Source of the DNA: Dehalococcoidia bacterium
Lineage (GTDB): Bacteria; Chloroflexota; Dehalococcoidia; Lucifugimonadales; Australimonadaceae
DNA length: 27,749 bases
NCBI GenBank assembly: GCA_963577205.1
Contig: CAUYXS010000001.1
Location: 1-27,749 of the forward strand
Reading direction: 5' to 3'
Below, piece after piece: positions 7,543-16,829 of this stretch (positions are counted from its first letter, which is position 1; each line of letters starts with the position of its first letter). The position numbers and the translations under genes are program-made. The notes under the pieces were generated by a model that was not told where the DNA came from, searched no databases, and worked only from the letters and a program-made list of their open reading frames with translations.

Positions 7543-8646
7543 CTACCGCGCCGGGTAGCCCACGATCATCATATCGTCCCCGGCCTGCTCGTAGCGGACC
7601 CGCTCGAGCCTGAGCGCGGCGGCAATGGACTCCGCTCCGGCGCCCTCGATGGCCGACGGCGCTTCGAGCCCCCCGATAATGACGGGTGCGACGAAGGCCA
7701 CTACCTTGTCGACCAGCCCTGCGTCGAAAAGGTAGCCGAGGAGCGTTCCCCCACCCTCCGCGAGGACCGAGGTCACCTCCTGCTCACCCAGCAACACCAA
7801 GAGCTTGGCAACGTCGACACCCTCCGTCGCCGCGGGCAGCTCGATGACCTCGGCTCCGGCTCCAGCGAGCGCCGCCCGTCGCGCTTGCCCGGTGGCGACG
7901 ATGGCCACCAGCGTGGCCCCAGGCTCTTGGAGCATTGCCGCCGCCGGCGGGAGCCGACCTTCGGTGTCGACCACGACGCGCAGAGGCTGGCGACCGTTGC
8001 GCAGCTCGACGTCACGGACACTAAGGCGAGGGTCGTCGGCCAGGACCGTGCCGATGCCGACCATGATGGCGTCCGACTCCGCACGCAACTGATGGGCCCG
8101 GATGCGTGAGACATCGCCCGATATCCAGCGCGCATCGCCGGTGCGCGCCGCCAGCTTGCCATCGAGGCTCATGGCGAACTTCGCCGTGACGAAAGGGAGG
8201 CCGGTGGTGACATGCTTTGCGAACGCCTCGACCACCTCGATGGCCTCGTAGGCTCCTTCGCCGACGTCGACGCTGATGCCTGCCGCCTCCAGGCGCGCGA
8301 CGCCTTTGCCATCCGTCCGCGCGTCAGGGTCAAGCATCGCCACCCGCACGTCTGTCACGCTTGCGGCGATCAGCGCGTCGGCGCACGGAGGCGTTCGGCC
8401 GTGATGTGCGCAGGGCTCCATCGTCACGTAGAGCGTGGCGCCCTGCGCCGCGGCGCCCGCCTGCTCTAGCGCGACGGCCTCCGCGTGCGCCTGGCCGGGC
8501 GGCTGGGTCCTGCCCTCGCCAACCACACGGCCGTCCTTGACCAATACCGCGCCGACGGCGGGGTTCGGGCTCACGCCGCCCATCGCCTCGCGGGCCAGTT
8601 CGAGGGCACGTAGCATGTGGGCTGATACCTGAGGCTGGGACGCCAT
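7543..8646 (-). CDS. ribD: Bifunctional diaminohydroxyphosphoribosylaminopyrimidine deaminase / reductase
   Basis: PNPAVGAV, HAE, MEPCAHHGRTPPC, K.A.SLDGK, VGIGTVLADDP.L, EGGG.L. Confidence 0.97.
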   Translation of the reverse strand: MASQPQVSAHMLRALELAREAMGGVSPNPAVGAVLVKDGRVVGEGRTQPPGQAHAEAVALEQAGAAAQGATLYVTMEPCAHHGRTPPCADALIAASVTDVRVAMLDPDARTDGKGVARLEAAGISVDVGEGAYEAIEVVEAFAKHVTTGLPFVTAKFAMSLDGKLAARTGDARWISGDVSRIRAHQLRAESDAIMVGIGTVLADDPRLSVRDVELRNGRQPLRVVVDTEGRLPPAAAMLQEPGATLVAIVATGQARRAALAGAGAEVIELPAATEGVDVAKLLVLLGEQEVTSVLAEGGGTLLGYLFDAGLVDKVVAFVAPVIIGGLEAPSAIEGAGAESIAAALRLERVRYEQAGDDMMIVGYPAR

Positions 8647-8658
8647 GTACCAAGTGTA
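8647..8658 (-). promoter_or_regulatory. -10 box TACACT 6 nt before the ribD ATG (leaderless layout)
   Basis: The minus strand reads TACACT-tggtac-ATG, with no SD sequence. Confidence 0.55.
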
Positions 8659-8689
8659 TCGCTTTACACAGGCTCGTCCGACGGGCGTG

Positions 8690-8916
8690 ATGTGCTACCG
8701 TTCGGCACATCGGCCACCGCAAAGAGGCACCGAGCAGTACCTACGTGTCCTGCTGATTTTGGTAATGAGCTTCTTGGTCGTGCTTATAGGCACGGTCGCT
8801 GTTGTAGACGTTGAGCATGACCTCGCCAAGAACGATGGCTTGTGGCTTACGTGTTGGTCGCGATCATCGCGGCGGCGCGGGTCTTCCGCGAAAAGAAGCG
8901 AGGAAAGGTGAAGTGA
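8690..8916 (+). pseudogene. Possible small 2-TM membrane protein gene with a 1-nt frameshift near 8822
   Basis: Frame A encodes YLRVLLILVMSFLVVLIGTVAVVDVEHDL. Frame B, from 8821, encodes RQERWLVAYVLVAIIAAARVFREKKRGKVK* and its TGA overlaps the thiE ATG (TGATG). The start codon is uncertain. Confidence 0.3.
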
Positions 8917-9986
8917 TGACAACTCAAGGCGGCCCTCTCTTCGTAGGACCGGAGTTTCACCGGACCCAGAACTATCTGCTCACTGGCCTTCGGTTGCTGC
9001 GGGGCGATGCCAACCTGCCTAAGACGGTGAAGCCTGGTGACGAGCTGAACAACCGCATGGCGCAGACGGTGCAGGCGATGGGGATTGAGGCGGCCTACGA
9101 TGAGGTCAGCGAGACTATCGAGCACGCTATCGCGGAGCTTGAACCCCTTGCCGGTTTCTTCGCGGGGCCCACGGCAATGGACGTCCGGTTCCTCTCAGTG
9201 ACGGGCGCGCTCCGCGCCCTGGCCGAGACGACGGATCTGCTGCCCGCCGAGCTGATGCGCGAGCTCGGACGCCCCAACCTCGCGGGCCTGAGCGATGCGC
9301 TACGCCACATGAACCTGGCCGCCGGGGCAGGCTACCGCCATCGAGCGGCAGAGCGCTTGCGCGGCCTCTACGTCATCGTCGACCCGGAGCTCACCAACGG
9401 TCGCGACCCCGCCGAGGTGGCCCAGCAGGCCATCGCGGGTGGCGCCACGGCGCTCCAGCTGCGGGACAAGGCACGCGATAAGGGCGATGGACTGCCGCTC
9501 GCTCAGCGCCTGGCCGACCTCTGCCGCCGAGAGGGCGTGACGCTGATCGTCAACGACCACGCCGACCTGGCGGCGGCGGTGGGCGCGGACGGGCTGCACG
9601 TAGGCCAGCACGACCTTCCTCTGGCCGTTGCGCAATCGGTCGTGCGGCCGTGGCAGTTCGTGGGCACATCCAACGCGCTGGCCGAGGAGGCGACCGCCTC
9701 ATACGAGGGCGGCGCTAGCTACATCGCCGTTGGCCGTATGTTCGAGACCACGTCCAAAGCCAACACTCGCCCCGCGGGGCCGGAGACGTTGGCCCGCGTG
9801 CGGGAACTTGTCCCCGCGGGCGGACCGCCGTTGGTCGGCATCGGTGGGATCACGGCGGACAATGCGGGTGAGGTTGCTCGTGCCGGTGCCGATGGCATCG
9901 CGGTGATCAGCGCCGTGACGCAGGCCGACGACCCGCGGGCTGCTGCTGCCGCGCTGCTGGAAGCATTCGCCTCCGCAAAGGCCTAG
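8916..9986 (+). CDS. thiE: Thiamine-phosphate synthase, long form with an N-terminal helical extension of about 145 aa (356 aa)
   Basis: C-terminal TIM domain: GLYVI, QLRDK, LIVND, ADGLHVGQHD, YIAVGRMFETTSK, VGIGGIT, GIAVISA. ATG 8916 follows AGGAAAGG. The track start at 8811 is probably an overextension. Confidence 0.93.
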   Translation: MTTQGGPLFVGPEFHRTQNYLLTGLRLLRGDANLPKTVKPGDELNNRMAQTVQAMGIEAAYDEVSETIEHAIAELEPLAGFFAGPTAMDVRFLSVTGALRALAETTDLLPAELMRELGRPNLAGLSDALRHMNLAAGAGYRHRAAERLRGLYVIVDPELTNGRDPAEVAQQAIAGGATALQLRDKARDKGDGLPLAQRLADLCRREGVTLIVNDHADLAAAVGADGLHVGQHDLPLAVAQSVVRPWQFVGTSNALAEEATASYEGGASYIAVGRMFETTSKANTRPAGPETLARVRELVPAGGPPLVGIGGITADNAGEVARAGADGIAVISAVTQADDPRAAAAALLEAFASAKA

Positions 9987-10030
9987 CGCCGGCAGCAACT
10001 AGGCGAGGATGGCGACGCCCGAGGGCAGAC

Positions 10031-11554
10031 TTAGATGAGGATCGCGACAGCGGTGCGGGCGACCTCGAGCAAACCACCAGGCCAGAGCCCCAAGACCAAG
10101 ACCCCGGCCCCGGTGACTCCGAGCGCGGCCGTGGACGTGGCGCTGACCGCAACGCGGGCATCCTCTTTCGTCTCCGCCGGGCGCAGGTACATGGTCTTGA
10201 TGACATTCACGTAATAGTAGGCCGAGACCACGCTGTTCACGACACCGATGACCGCTAGCCAGACGAGGTCGGCATTGACCGCGGCCTGGAACAGGAACAG
10301 CTTACCCATGAAGCCGACGGTCGGAGGGAGCCCGGTCAGCGACAACAGCGCGAGCGCGAGCACCCCTGCGAGCCAGGGCGAGCGCTGACCCAGCCCGGCC
10401 AGTCCCGCGATCCGCTCATCGCCCGTGCGGTCGGTGACAACGATGATTACGAAGAACGTTGTGAGCGTCATGGCCGCGTAGCCGCCGAGGTAGAAGAGCA
10501 CGCTCGCCGCTCCAAGGGAAGCGTCGCCACTCTCCTGGCTCCTAGCCGCAATGGCCGCCACACCGATGAGCATGTACCCGGCCTGGGCGATAGTGCTGTA
10601 GCCGAGCAGGCGCTTGAGGTTTGCCTGGGCGATGGCCACGAGGTTGCCAACCGACATAGTTACGGCTGCCAGGACCGCGAAAAGGAAGGCCCAATCCTGG
10701 CTGACCACGTCGTGCCCCAAGGCTGTGTAGAAGACACGCAACACTACCGCGAAGCCCGCGGCTTTGCTGGCGACCGCCAGGAAGGCGCCCACCGGCAGCG
10801 GAGCGCCCTCGTAGACGTCCGGCGTCCACATCTGGAACGGCACCATGGATAGCTTGAACCCAAAGCCCGCGATGGCCAGGACCGCCCCCGCCATCAAAGC
10901 GATGCTCCCGAAAGGCACCTCGGGGTCCAACGTGCTGACCATCTGCGCGATCGTGGGCATCGCTGGGTCCAGCGCCACCACGCGCACGGTCCCCGCCGCA
11001 CCGTAGAGAAAGGCGAAGCCGTAGAGCAGGACGGCGGACGAGATGGCTGATAGCAACAGGTACTTGAGGCCGGCCTCTGCCGACCGCGCCTGTCCTTTCG
11101 CAAAAGCAGCGAGGGCCACCACCGGCAGCGAGGCCAGCTCCAGCGCTACGAATATTGTAATCAGGTCGGCCGCCGCCGCTAGGAGCATGAGCCCGGTGGC
11201 CGAGAGCAGGACTAGACCAATGAATTCGGCCGGATACCGGAAGCGGACCAGCCCGTCCTTCGAGGCGAGGAGGACCAAGGCCAGGGCACTGACGATGAGG
11301 ACCTTGAAGAAGAGCGCGAACTTGTCGACGACCAGTGAGCCGTTGAATCCGATCTCGGCACCGGCGGCCATGCCGTGGACGTCGTCCCACAGCACCAGGC
11401 TCAGCAGCAGCGGCGCGGCCAGCCCGGCAATAGCGATTGCGACCACCGCGCCTCGGCGCCGGAGCAGGACGTCCGCTAGCACGACGATGAGTGCGAGCCC
11501 CACGAGAGCCAGCTCAGGCGAAATGAGATAGATATCGCGTGTGGTGAGGCCCAT
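10031..11554 (-). CDS. nuoN: NADH-quinone oxidoreductase subunit N
   Basis: ALELASLP, EAGLKYLLL, GFKLS.VPFQMWTPDVYEGAP, NLKRLLGYSTIAQAGY, GLPPTVGF.GK, YYY. Confidence 0.96.
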   Translation of the reverse strand: MGLTTRDIYLISPELALVGLALIVVLADVLLRRRGAVVAIAIAGLAAPLLLSLVLWDDVHGMAAGAEIGFNGSLVVDKFALFFKVLIVSALALVLLASKDGLVRFRYPAEFIGLVLLSATGLMLLAAAADLITIFVALELASLPVVALAAFAKGQARSAEAGLKYLLLSAISSAVLLYGFAFLYGAAGTVRVVALDPAMPTIAQMVSTLDPEVPFGSIALMAGAVLAIAGFGFKLSMVPFQMWTPDVYEGAPLPVGAFLAVASKAAGFAVVLRVFYTALGHDVVSQDWAFLFAVLAAVTMSVGNLVAIAQANLKRLLGYSTIAQAGYMLIGVAAIAARSQESGDASLGAASVLFYLGGYAAMTLTTFFVIIVVTDRTGDERIAGLAGLGQRSPWLAGVLALALLSLTGLPPTVGFMGKLFLFQAAVNADLVWLAVIGVVNSVVSAYYYVNVIKTMYLRPAETKEDARVAVSATSTAALGVTGAGVLVLGLWPGGLLEVARTAVAILI

Positions 11555-11560
11555 GGTGCG

Positions 11561-13036
11561 CTAGCCGAACCTCGCCAGAATGGGCGCGAGACCGCTTTCA
11601 AAGGCGTCGGTCAGAAAGCGCGGATAGATGCCGACAACCATCACAGGCACCAACAACACGCCAATGGCCCCGGCGTCGACGATCGTTGCGTCTTGCAGCC
11701 CGTCCCAGCGCTCGAGGCGCGGGCCGAACATGGTGCGCTGGATCGTCCAGAGGATGTAGCCGGCGGCCAGCACAACGCCGAAGGCGGCCAAGCCGGTGGC
11801 CCACGCGTAGACGTGGAATGTCCCAAGGAACACGAGTATTTCAGCGACGAAACCGCTCGTCATAGGTAACCCCAACGATGCCAGCCCGGCGAGAACGAAG
11901 GCCGCGCCGATGAGCGGCATCCGGCCGATCATCCCGCCCATGTCGGGGATATGCCTTGTGTGCGTGCGCTCGTAGACCAGGCCAACGAGTACGAAGAGCA
12001 GGCCGGTGATGGTGCCGTGCGTGAACAACTGCATAGCTGCGCCGTTGATCCCGACGGCCGTGACCTGCGACGCCCCAAGCGATGCCACGCCGAGCACGAC
12101 GAAGCCCATATGGCTTACAGAGCTATAAGCGATGAGCCGCTTGAGGTCAGTCTGGCGCATGACGATGAAGGCGCCGTACAGCACGTTCACTACCGCCAGC
12201 CCCGCCAGCAGGGGCGCGATCCTCCGCAGCTCGTCAGGGAATAGCCCGGCGTTGATGCGCAGCAGGCCGTAACCGCCCATCTTCAGCAGCACGCCGGCCA
12301 GCATGACGCTGACCGCAGTCGGTGCGTCAGTGTGCGCGTCGGGCAGCCAGGTATGCAGCGGGAAAATGGGTAGCTTCACAGCGAAGGCGATCAGAAAGCC
12401 AGCGAAGATGGTGCTGGCGGGCACGATCAAGGAGGTGAGCTCGCGCTGCGCGAGAACCGTCATATCGAAGGTGCGCTCGGCCGAAGGGAACGAGAAGTAG
12501 AGTGCGATGATGGCCGCGAACATGAAGGCCGAGCCGAGGAACGTGTACACGAAGAACTTCATCGCGGAGTACTCGCGGCGTCCTGTGCCCCACATCGCGA
12601 TGAGGAAGTACATCGGGACTAGCTCGAGCTCCCAGAAGACGAAGAACAAGATCAGGTCGAGCGACAGAAACACACCCATGACTGACGTTTGGAGGATCAG
12701 CAGCCAGGCGAAATACCCTCGAGCGTTCGTCGCCACGCGCCACGACACTAGCACCGCCGCGACCCCCAGCAAGCCGTTGAGCATCACCAGCGGCGCGCTG
12801 AGCCCGTCCACGCCCAGCAGGTACTGAATACCGAACGCATTGACCCAATTGGCCCGCTCTACGAGGTCGTAGCCGTCCACTGCCTCGCGGTCGAAGGTCG
12901 CGAACAGAACCAGCGTCAGCGCCAACTCGGCACCGGCAACGGCCAACGCCAGAGACCGTGCGACCCGGGGGTCGCGGCCCAGCATCATGACTAGTACGGC
13001 GCCGACTGCGGGGAGGAAGATGATGATGCTCAGCAT
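11561..13036 (-). CDS. nuoM: NADH-quinone oxidoreductase subunit M
   Basis: LGVDGLS, FWELELVPMYFLI, AFAVKLPIFPLHTWLPDAHTDAPT, LLKMGGYG, DLKRLIAYSSVSHMG, GLPMTSGFVAE. Confidence 0.96.
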   Translation of the reverse strand: MLSIIIFLPAVGAVLVMMLGRDPRVARSLALAVAGAELALTLVLFATFDREAVDGYDLVERANWVNAFGIQYLLGVDGLSAPLVMLNGLLGVAAVLVSWRVATNARGYFAWLLILQTSVMGVFLSLDLILFFVFWELELVPMYFLIAMWGTGRREYSAMKFFVYTFLGSAFMFAAIIALYFSFPSAERTFDMTVLAQRELTSLIVPASTIFAGFLIAFAVKLPIFPLHTWLPDAHTDAPTAVSVMLAGVLLKMGGYGLLRINAGLFPDELRRIAPLLAGLAVVNVLYGAFIVMRQTDLKRLIAYSSVSHMGFVVLGVASLGASQVTAVGINGAAMQLFTHGTITGLLFVLVGLVYERTHTRHIPDMGGMIGRMPLIGAAFVLAGLASLGLPMTSGFVAEILVFLGTFHVYAWATGLAAFGVVLAAGYILWTIQRTMFGPRLERWDGLQDATIVDAGAIGVLLVPVMVVGIYPRFLTDAFESGLAPILARFG

Positions 13037-13043
13037 GCCGGCT

Positions 13044-15032
13044 TTACCCGCTCACCATGTAGGCCAAGAGGATGACGCCCGCACCCACGGAGATGGCGAC
13101 GCCGTAGACCTGCACCTGCCCCGTTTGCAGCTGCGCCAGGGCGCGGCCTGAGTTGCGCCCCATCCACCCGGTTAAGTCCGCGAAGCCGTCGATGATGTGA
13201 CGGTCCCACCAGTCGGCAGCGAGGAACAGACCTTGGTAGGCGAGGCGGCGCACCAGCAGGCCCTCATAGAGGTAGTCCATGTAGTAGCGCTGGGTCAGCA
13301 GCACGTGAAGTGGCCGCAGCACCGTCGTCACCCGCGCAGCTGAGATAGTCCGCGTTTGGTACATGAGCGCCGCCAAGCCGATACCCGCTGCCGCTGCCGC
13401 TGAGGAGGCCAGCGCGATGCCCACATGGAAACGCTCGCCCTCTTCGCCGAAGGCGTGTGCGAACCAGTGCGACGGGATGCTTGCCACGTCGGTGGTGGCG
13501 TTGGCCAGGTAACCGGCCCCGATGGCGGCGCCTGCCAGCGCGACCATCGGCAGCGTCATCACCCACGGCGACTCCGCGAGGTGAACGTGCTCGCCCATCT
13601 CGTGGGACTGTCTCTGGGCATCAGGCACGGCATCGATACCGCCGCGAAACTCCCCATGGAAAGTCATGAACACTAGACGGGAAGCATAGAACGCCGTCAT
13701 CAGCGCCGCAGCGAGCCCGAGCCAGAAGACCAGTTGCGAGACGCCGAGACTGGGGGCGTGAGCGCCGTTCCAGGCGCCGGCCAGGACCTCGTCCTTCGAC
13801 CAGAACCCGGCTAGAGGAAAGACGCCCGCGAGGCTCAGCGCACCGATCAAGACCAGCGCGTAGGTGAAGGGCATGGTCTTGCGCAGGCCACCCATGTAGC
13901 GCATGTCGAAGGTGCGGGTGCTGTGGTGAACGCTCCCCGCCCCCAAGAACAACAGGCATTTGAAGAAGGCGTGCGTGAACAAATGGAACATCGCGACCAC
14001 CGGCAGGCCTACCCCCAGCGCGATGAACATGTAGCCCAGCTGACTCGCTGTCGAGTAGGCGAGCACCCGTTTGATGTCATTGGACACTAGGCCCATGCTC
14101 GCGGCAAAGACAGCTGTGAACCCGCCGATGACGGCGACTGCCGTCAGCGCCGCGGGGCTTTCCTCGAACAGCGGAAACATGCGTGCGACGAGGAAGACGC
14201 CCGCCGCGACCATCGTCGCCGCGTGGATGAGCGACGACACAGGCGTTGGCCCCTCCATGGCGTCGGGCAGCCACGTGTGTAGCGGGAACTGAGCCGATTT
14301 TCCGACGGCCCCCGCAAACAACCCCAGCGCGATCCACGTGACGCCGCCGCCGGCGATCAGCGGCGCGGCAGCCCAGATGTCGGGGATTTCGAACGGATTC
14401 AGACCCGCGATGGCAAATGTTGGGCTCTGTGCGAACAAGTACAGCAGCGCCAATAAGAAGCCGAAGTCGCCGAGGCGCGTGACGATGAAGGCTTTCTTGG
14501 CGGCGTTTACCGCCGCCGGACGCTCGTGCCAGAAGCCGATGAGCAGGTAGGAGGAAAGCCCGACCAACTCCCAGAACACGAAGAGCTGGATCAGGTTGCG
14601 GGCGGTGACCAGCCCGAGCATCGACGCGGTGAACAGAGCCATGAAACCGAAGTAGCGGGCGTACGAGCGATCCCCGTGCATATAGGCCTGCGAGTAGATC
14701 TGCACCATTAGGCTCACGCCGGTGACGACCACTAGCATGATGGCTGTGAGCGGGTCTAGCAGCACGCCGATCGTCATGGCGAAGCCGCCGGCGGCTGGGT
14801 CGCCGATGACGAACCATGAATGGGACGCGAAGCCGATGGCTTCGCCGTGCTCACCTAATACCGAACGCAAGGCCCAGATGCTGAGCCCGAACGATGCGGC
14901 GATGGCCGCGATGGTCACGTAGGCGCTGAGTCGGGACGCTGGCCCGGCAAGCGGGCGAATCGCAAGGGTGATCAGCGCCGCGGCGCCAAGCGGCAGCAGG
15001 ACAATGGCCCATGTCGCCTGCTCGTTGATCAT
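13044..15032 (-). CDS. nuoL: NADH-quinone oxidoreductase subunit L
   Basis: FVFWELVGLSSYLLIGFW, KKAFIVTRLGDFG, GKSAQFPLHTWLPDAMEGPTPVSSLIHAATMV, DIKRVLAYST, HLFTHAFFK. Confidence 0.96.
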   Translation of the reverse strand: MINEQATWAIVLLPLGAAALITLAIRPLAGPASRLSAYVTIAAIAASFGLSIWALRSVLGEHGEAIGFASHSWFVIGDPAAGGFAMTIGVLLDPLTAIMLVVVTGVSLMVQIYSQAYMHGDRSYARYFGFMALFTASMLGLVTARNLIQLFVFWELVGLSSYLLIGFWHERPAAVNAAKKAFIVTRLGDFGFLLALLYLFAQSPTFAIAGLNPFEIPDIWAAAPLIAGGGVTWIALGLFAGAVGKSAQFPLHTWLPDAMEGPTPVSSLIHAATMVAAGVFLVARMFPLFEESPAALTAVAVIGGFTAVFAASMGLVSNDIKRVLAYSTASQLGYMFIALGVGLPVVAMFHLFTHAFFKCLLFLGAGSVHHSTRTFDMRYMGGLRKTMPFTYALVLIGALSLAGVFPLAGFWSKDEVLAGAWNGAHAPSLGVSQLVFWLGLAAALMTAFYASRLVFMTFHGEFRGGIDAVPDAQRQSHEMGEHVHLAESPWVMTLPMVALAGAAIGAGYLANATTDVASIPSHWFAHAFGEEGERFHVGIALASSAAAAAGIGLAALMYQTRTISAARVTTVLRPLHVLLTQRYYMDYLYEGLLVRRLAYQGLFLAADWWDRHIIDGFADLTGWMGRNSGRALAQLQTGQVQVYGVAISVGAGVILLAYMVSG

Positions 15033-15034
15033 GC

Positions 15035-15229
15035 CTAGAGCTTCCTCAGTATCTCGTCGGCGACGTGCTCTCGGCCGCGTGGCACCATGACCTTGAACGG
15101 CACCGACTCGCCATGTTCGGTTATGTCGCCGACGGGCAACAGGCGCACCGGAAGTCCTTCACCTTCGAGGATTTCTGACCACATCTCAGCGGTCATCAGC
15201 GTCGACACCCGTTTGTATTCGACCCACAT
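15035..15229 (-). CDS. Small conserved-looking protein (64 aa), DUF2007-like, inside the nuo operon
   Basis: MWVEYKRVSTLMTAEMWSEILEGEGLPVRL...FKVMVPRGREHVADEIL fits the DUF2007 pattern (AE.i..lLe.eGi...l ... v.V...d...A.eil). Upstream GGAG; the stop lies 2 nt before the nuoL ATG. Confidence 0.75.
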   Translation of the reverse strand: MWVEYKRVSTLMTAEMWSEILEGEGLPVRLLPVGDITEHGESVPFKVMVPRGREHVADEILRKL

Positions 15230-15300
15230 CTCTTCTGCTCACTCCATTCGTCCGTCGCGGGCCACTCGCCCTATTCGCCTGCGAGGTGAACCCAGTTCGG

Positions 15301-15645
15301 CTAGCGCCGCATCAGGCTCGCTTCGGTGATGTCGGTGGTATCGCGGTTGCGTACCAGCGTGATGATGAGAGCCAGCCCTAACGCCACTTCGGCCGCCGCA
15401 ACGACGATCGCGAACGCCACGAAGGCCTGACCGGTCAGTACCGCGCCGGCGGTGTCGGCGTTGGCCCCTGCGAGGCGGACTTCAGCGGGGACCACGTAGC
15501 GCGAAAACGCGACCAAGGCCACGTTGACGCCGTTCAACATGATCTCTGTGGAGATCAGGACGGCAATGACATTGCGCCGGGAGAGAGTGCCGTACAGTCC
15601 GATGGCGAACAGCACCGCCGATAGCACGAGGAGACGCTCTAGCAT
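15301..15645 (-). CDS. nuoK: NADH-quinone oxidoreductase subunit K
   Basis: LFAIGLYG...RRNVI..LISTEIMLNGVN, VAAAEVALGLAL. Confidence 0.95.
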   Translation of the reverse strand: MLERLLVLSAVLFAIGLYGTLSRRNVIAVLISTEIMLNGVNVALVAFSRYVVPAEVRLAGANADTAGAVLTGQAFVAFAIVVAAAEVALGLALIITLVRNRDTTDITEASLMRR

Positions 15646-15711
15646 TGCGCGGCGTCCTTCTGCACGGCTCCAGCCGACAGCAAGCGCCAGGTAGGGCGAA
15701 AAGGCATGCGC

Positions 15712-16224
15712 CTATCGCTCCCGTACCAGAGCCAACGCGCCGACGACGGCAGCTAGCAACAACACGCCCACCGCCTCGAAGGCTAGCACGTAGTCGCTGA
15801 GGAGCAGCAATCCCAACTCGGCGGGCGTGTTCACGAGCACGGCCTCGAGAGGTCCTGGCAGCGCCTCCGGCAGGACCTGCCACTCAGCCTGGACTATGGC
15901 CCACACCAGCCCGGACAGGATCAGCGCCGCGCTTATGATGGCGAGGGGTTGGAGGTTGGTTGCGCGGCTCGCATGAGGTACGTCGCGCGTGAACATAACG
16001 GCGAAGACCACCAAAATGGAGACCGCGCCAACGTAGATCATCACCTGTGCCACGGCCAGGAACTCGGCGTTCTGCTGCGCGAAAATGCCGGCCACGCCAA
16101 GGAAGCTGACGATCAGCGAGAGCGAGGCCCGGAACATGTTGCGCTGGACGACGACCAGTAGCGCACCGCCGATCGTAACGGCGGCCAGCGCCCAGAACAC
16201 GACTTCCTGAAATGCGTTGTCCAC
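15712..16224 (-). CDS. nuoJ: NADH-quinone oxidoreductase subunit J
   Basis: AEFLAVAQVMIYVGAVSILVVFAVM, YVLAFEAVGVLLLAAVVGA. Confidence 0.95.
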   Translation of the reverse strand: MDNAFQEVVFWALAAVTIGGALLVVVQRNMFRASLSLIVSFLGVAGIFAQQNAEFLAVAQVMIYVGAVSILVVFAVMFTRDVPHASRATNLQPLAIISAALILSGLVWAIVQAEWQVLPEALPGPLEAVLVNTPAELGLLLLSDYVLAFEAVGVLLLAAVVGALALVRER

Positions 16225-16244
16225 GGTGATTCCTAGGGTCTCAG

Positions 16245-16829
16245 TTACTCGTAGTCGCCGTCGGCAGATGCTTCCTTCGCTTCGCCTTCAGGCAGCATCT
16301 CGGGGCGCTTCGGGTGCCAAAAGAACGGCTCGCGGCCGACCTGCTTGGCGTCTGCCTGCCCCACGTAAGGGTCGAAGCCGTCGCGTGCCAGCTGCGGCCT
16401 GAACCAGGCGCTGGGGTGTTTGTCCCGCGTCCGCAGGTCGTCAATGGTTATCACGAGGTCCTCGCGGCGAAGCTGGGCAGCCTCGAACCGTGTGCCCATG
16501 TGCAGCGCATCGTAAGGGCACGCCTCCACGCACAGGCCGCAGTACATGCACCGCGCCTGGTCGATGTCGAAGGTTTCGATCTTGTACGAGCCTCCGTCCT
16601 GCTCGTTCCCGCCGCCCTCGGCGTCGGTCACGATGCGGATGATCCCAAGCGGGCAGTACTTGGCGCAGGACGCGCAGCCGGTGCAGCGGTCCTCGTACCA
16701 GACGAACTCTTGCCCGCGGAACCGCGGGTGCTGCGGGACCCGTTCCTCCGGGTACTGAATGGTGGAGGGCTTGCGGACGAAATTGCGCAGCGTCACGCCG
16801 AAGGCCTTGGCCATGCCGATGCCGTACAT
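16245..16829 (-). CDS. nuoI: NADH-quinone oxidoreductase subunit I (2x[4Fe-4S])
   Basis: TIQYPEE, RFRG, CTGCASCAKYCP and CMYCGLCVEACP. ATG 16829 overlaps the nuoH TGA. The track start at 16958 is an overextension. Confidence 0.95.
   Translation of the reverse strand: MYGIGMAKAFGVTLRNFVRKPSTIQYPEERVPQHPRFRGQEFVWYEDRCTGCASCAKYCPLGIIRIVTDAEGGGNEQDGGSYKIETFDIDQARCMYCGLCVEACPYDALHMGTRFEAAQLRREDLVITIDDLRTRDKHPSAWFRPQLARDGFDPYVGQADAKQVGREPFFWHPKRPEMLPEGEAKEASADGDYE

Noticed and set aside
8753-8770. CTGATTTTGGTAATGAGC upstream of thiE resembles part of a TPP riboswitch
   Set aside because: The GCUGAGA element and the downstream AGCGUAGGGA element are missing, the P4/P5 pairing does not form, and the segment encodes a hydrophobic helix.
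10031-15032. Possibility of a '2M' complex I with an extra antiporter subunit
   Set aside because: Only one each of nuoL, nuoM and nuoN is present.
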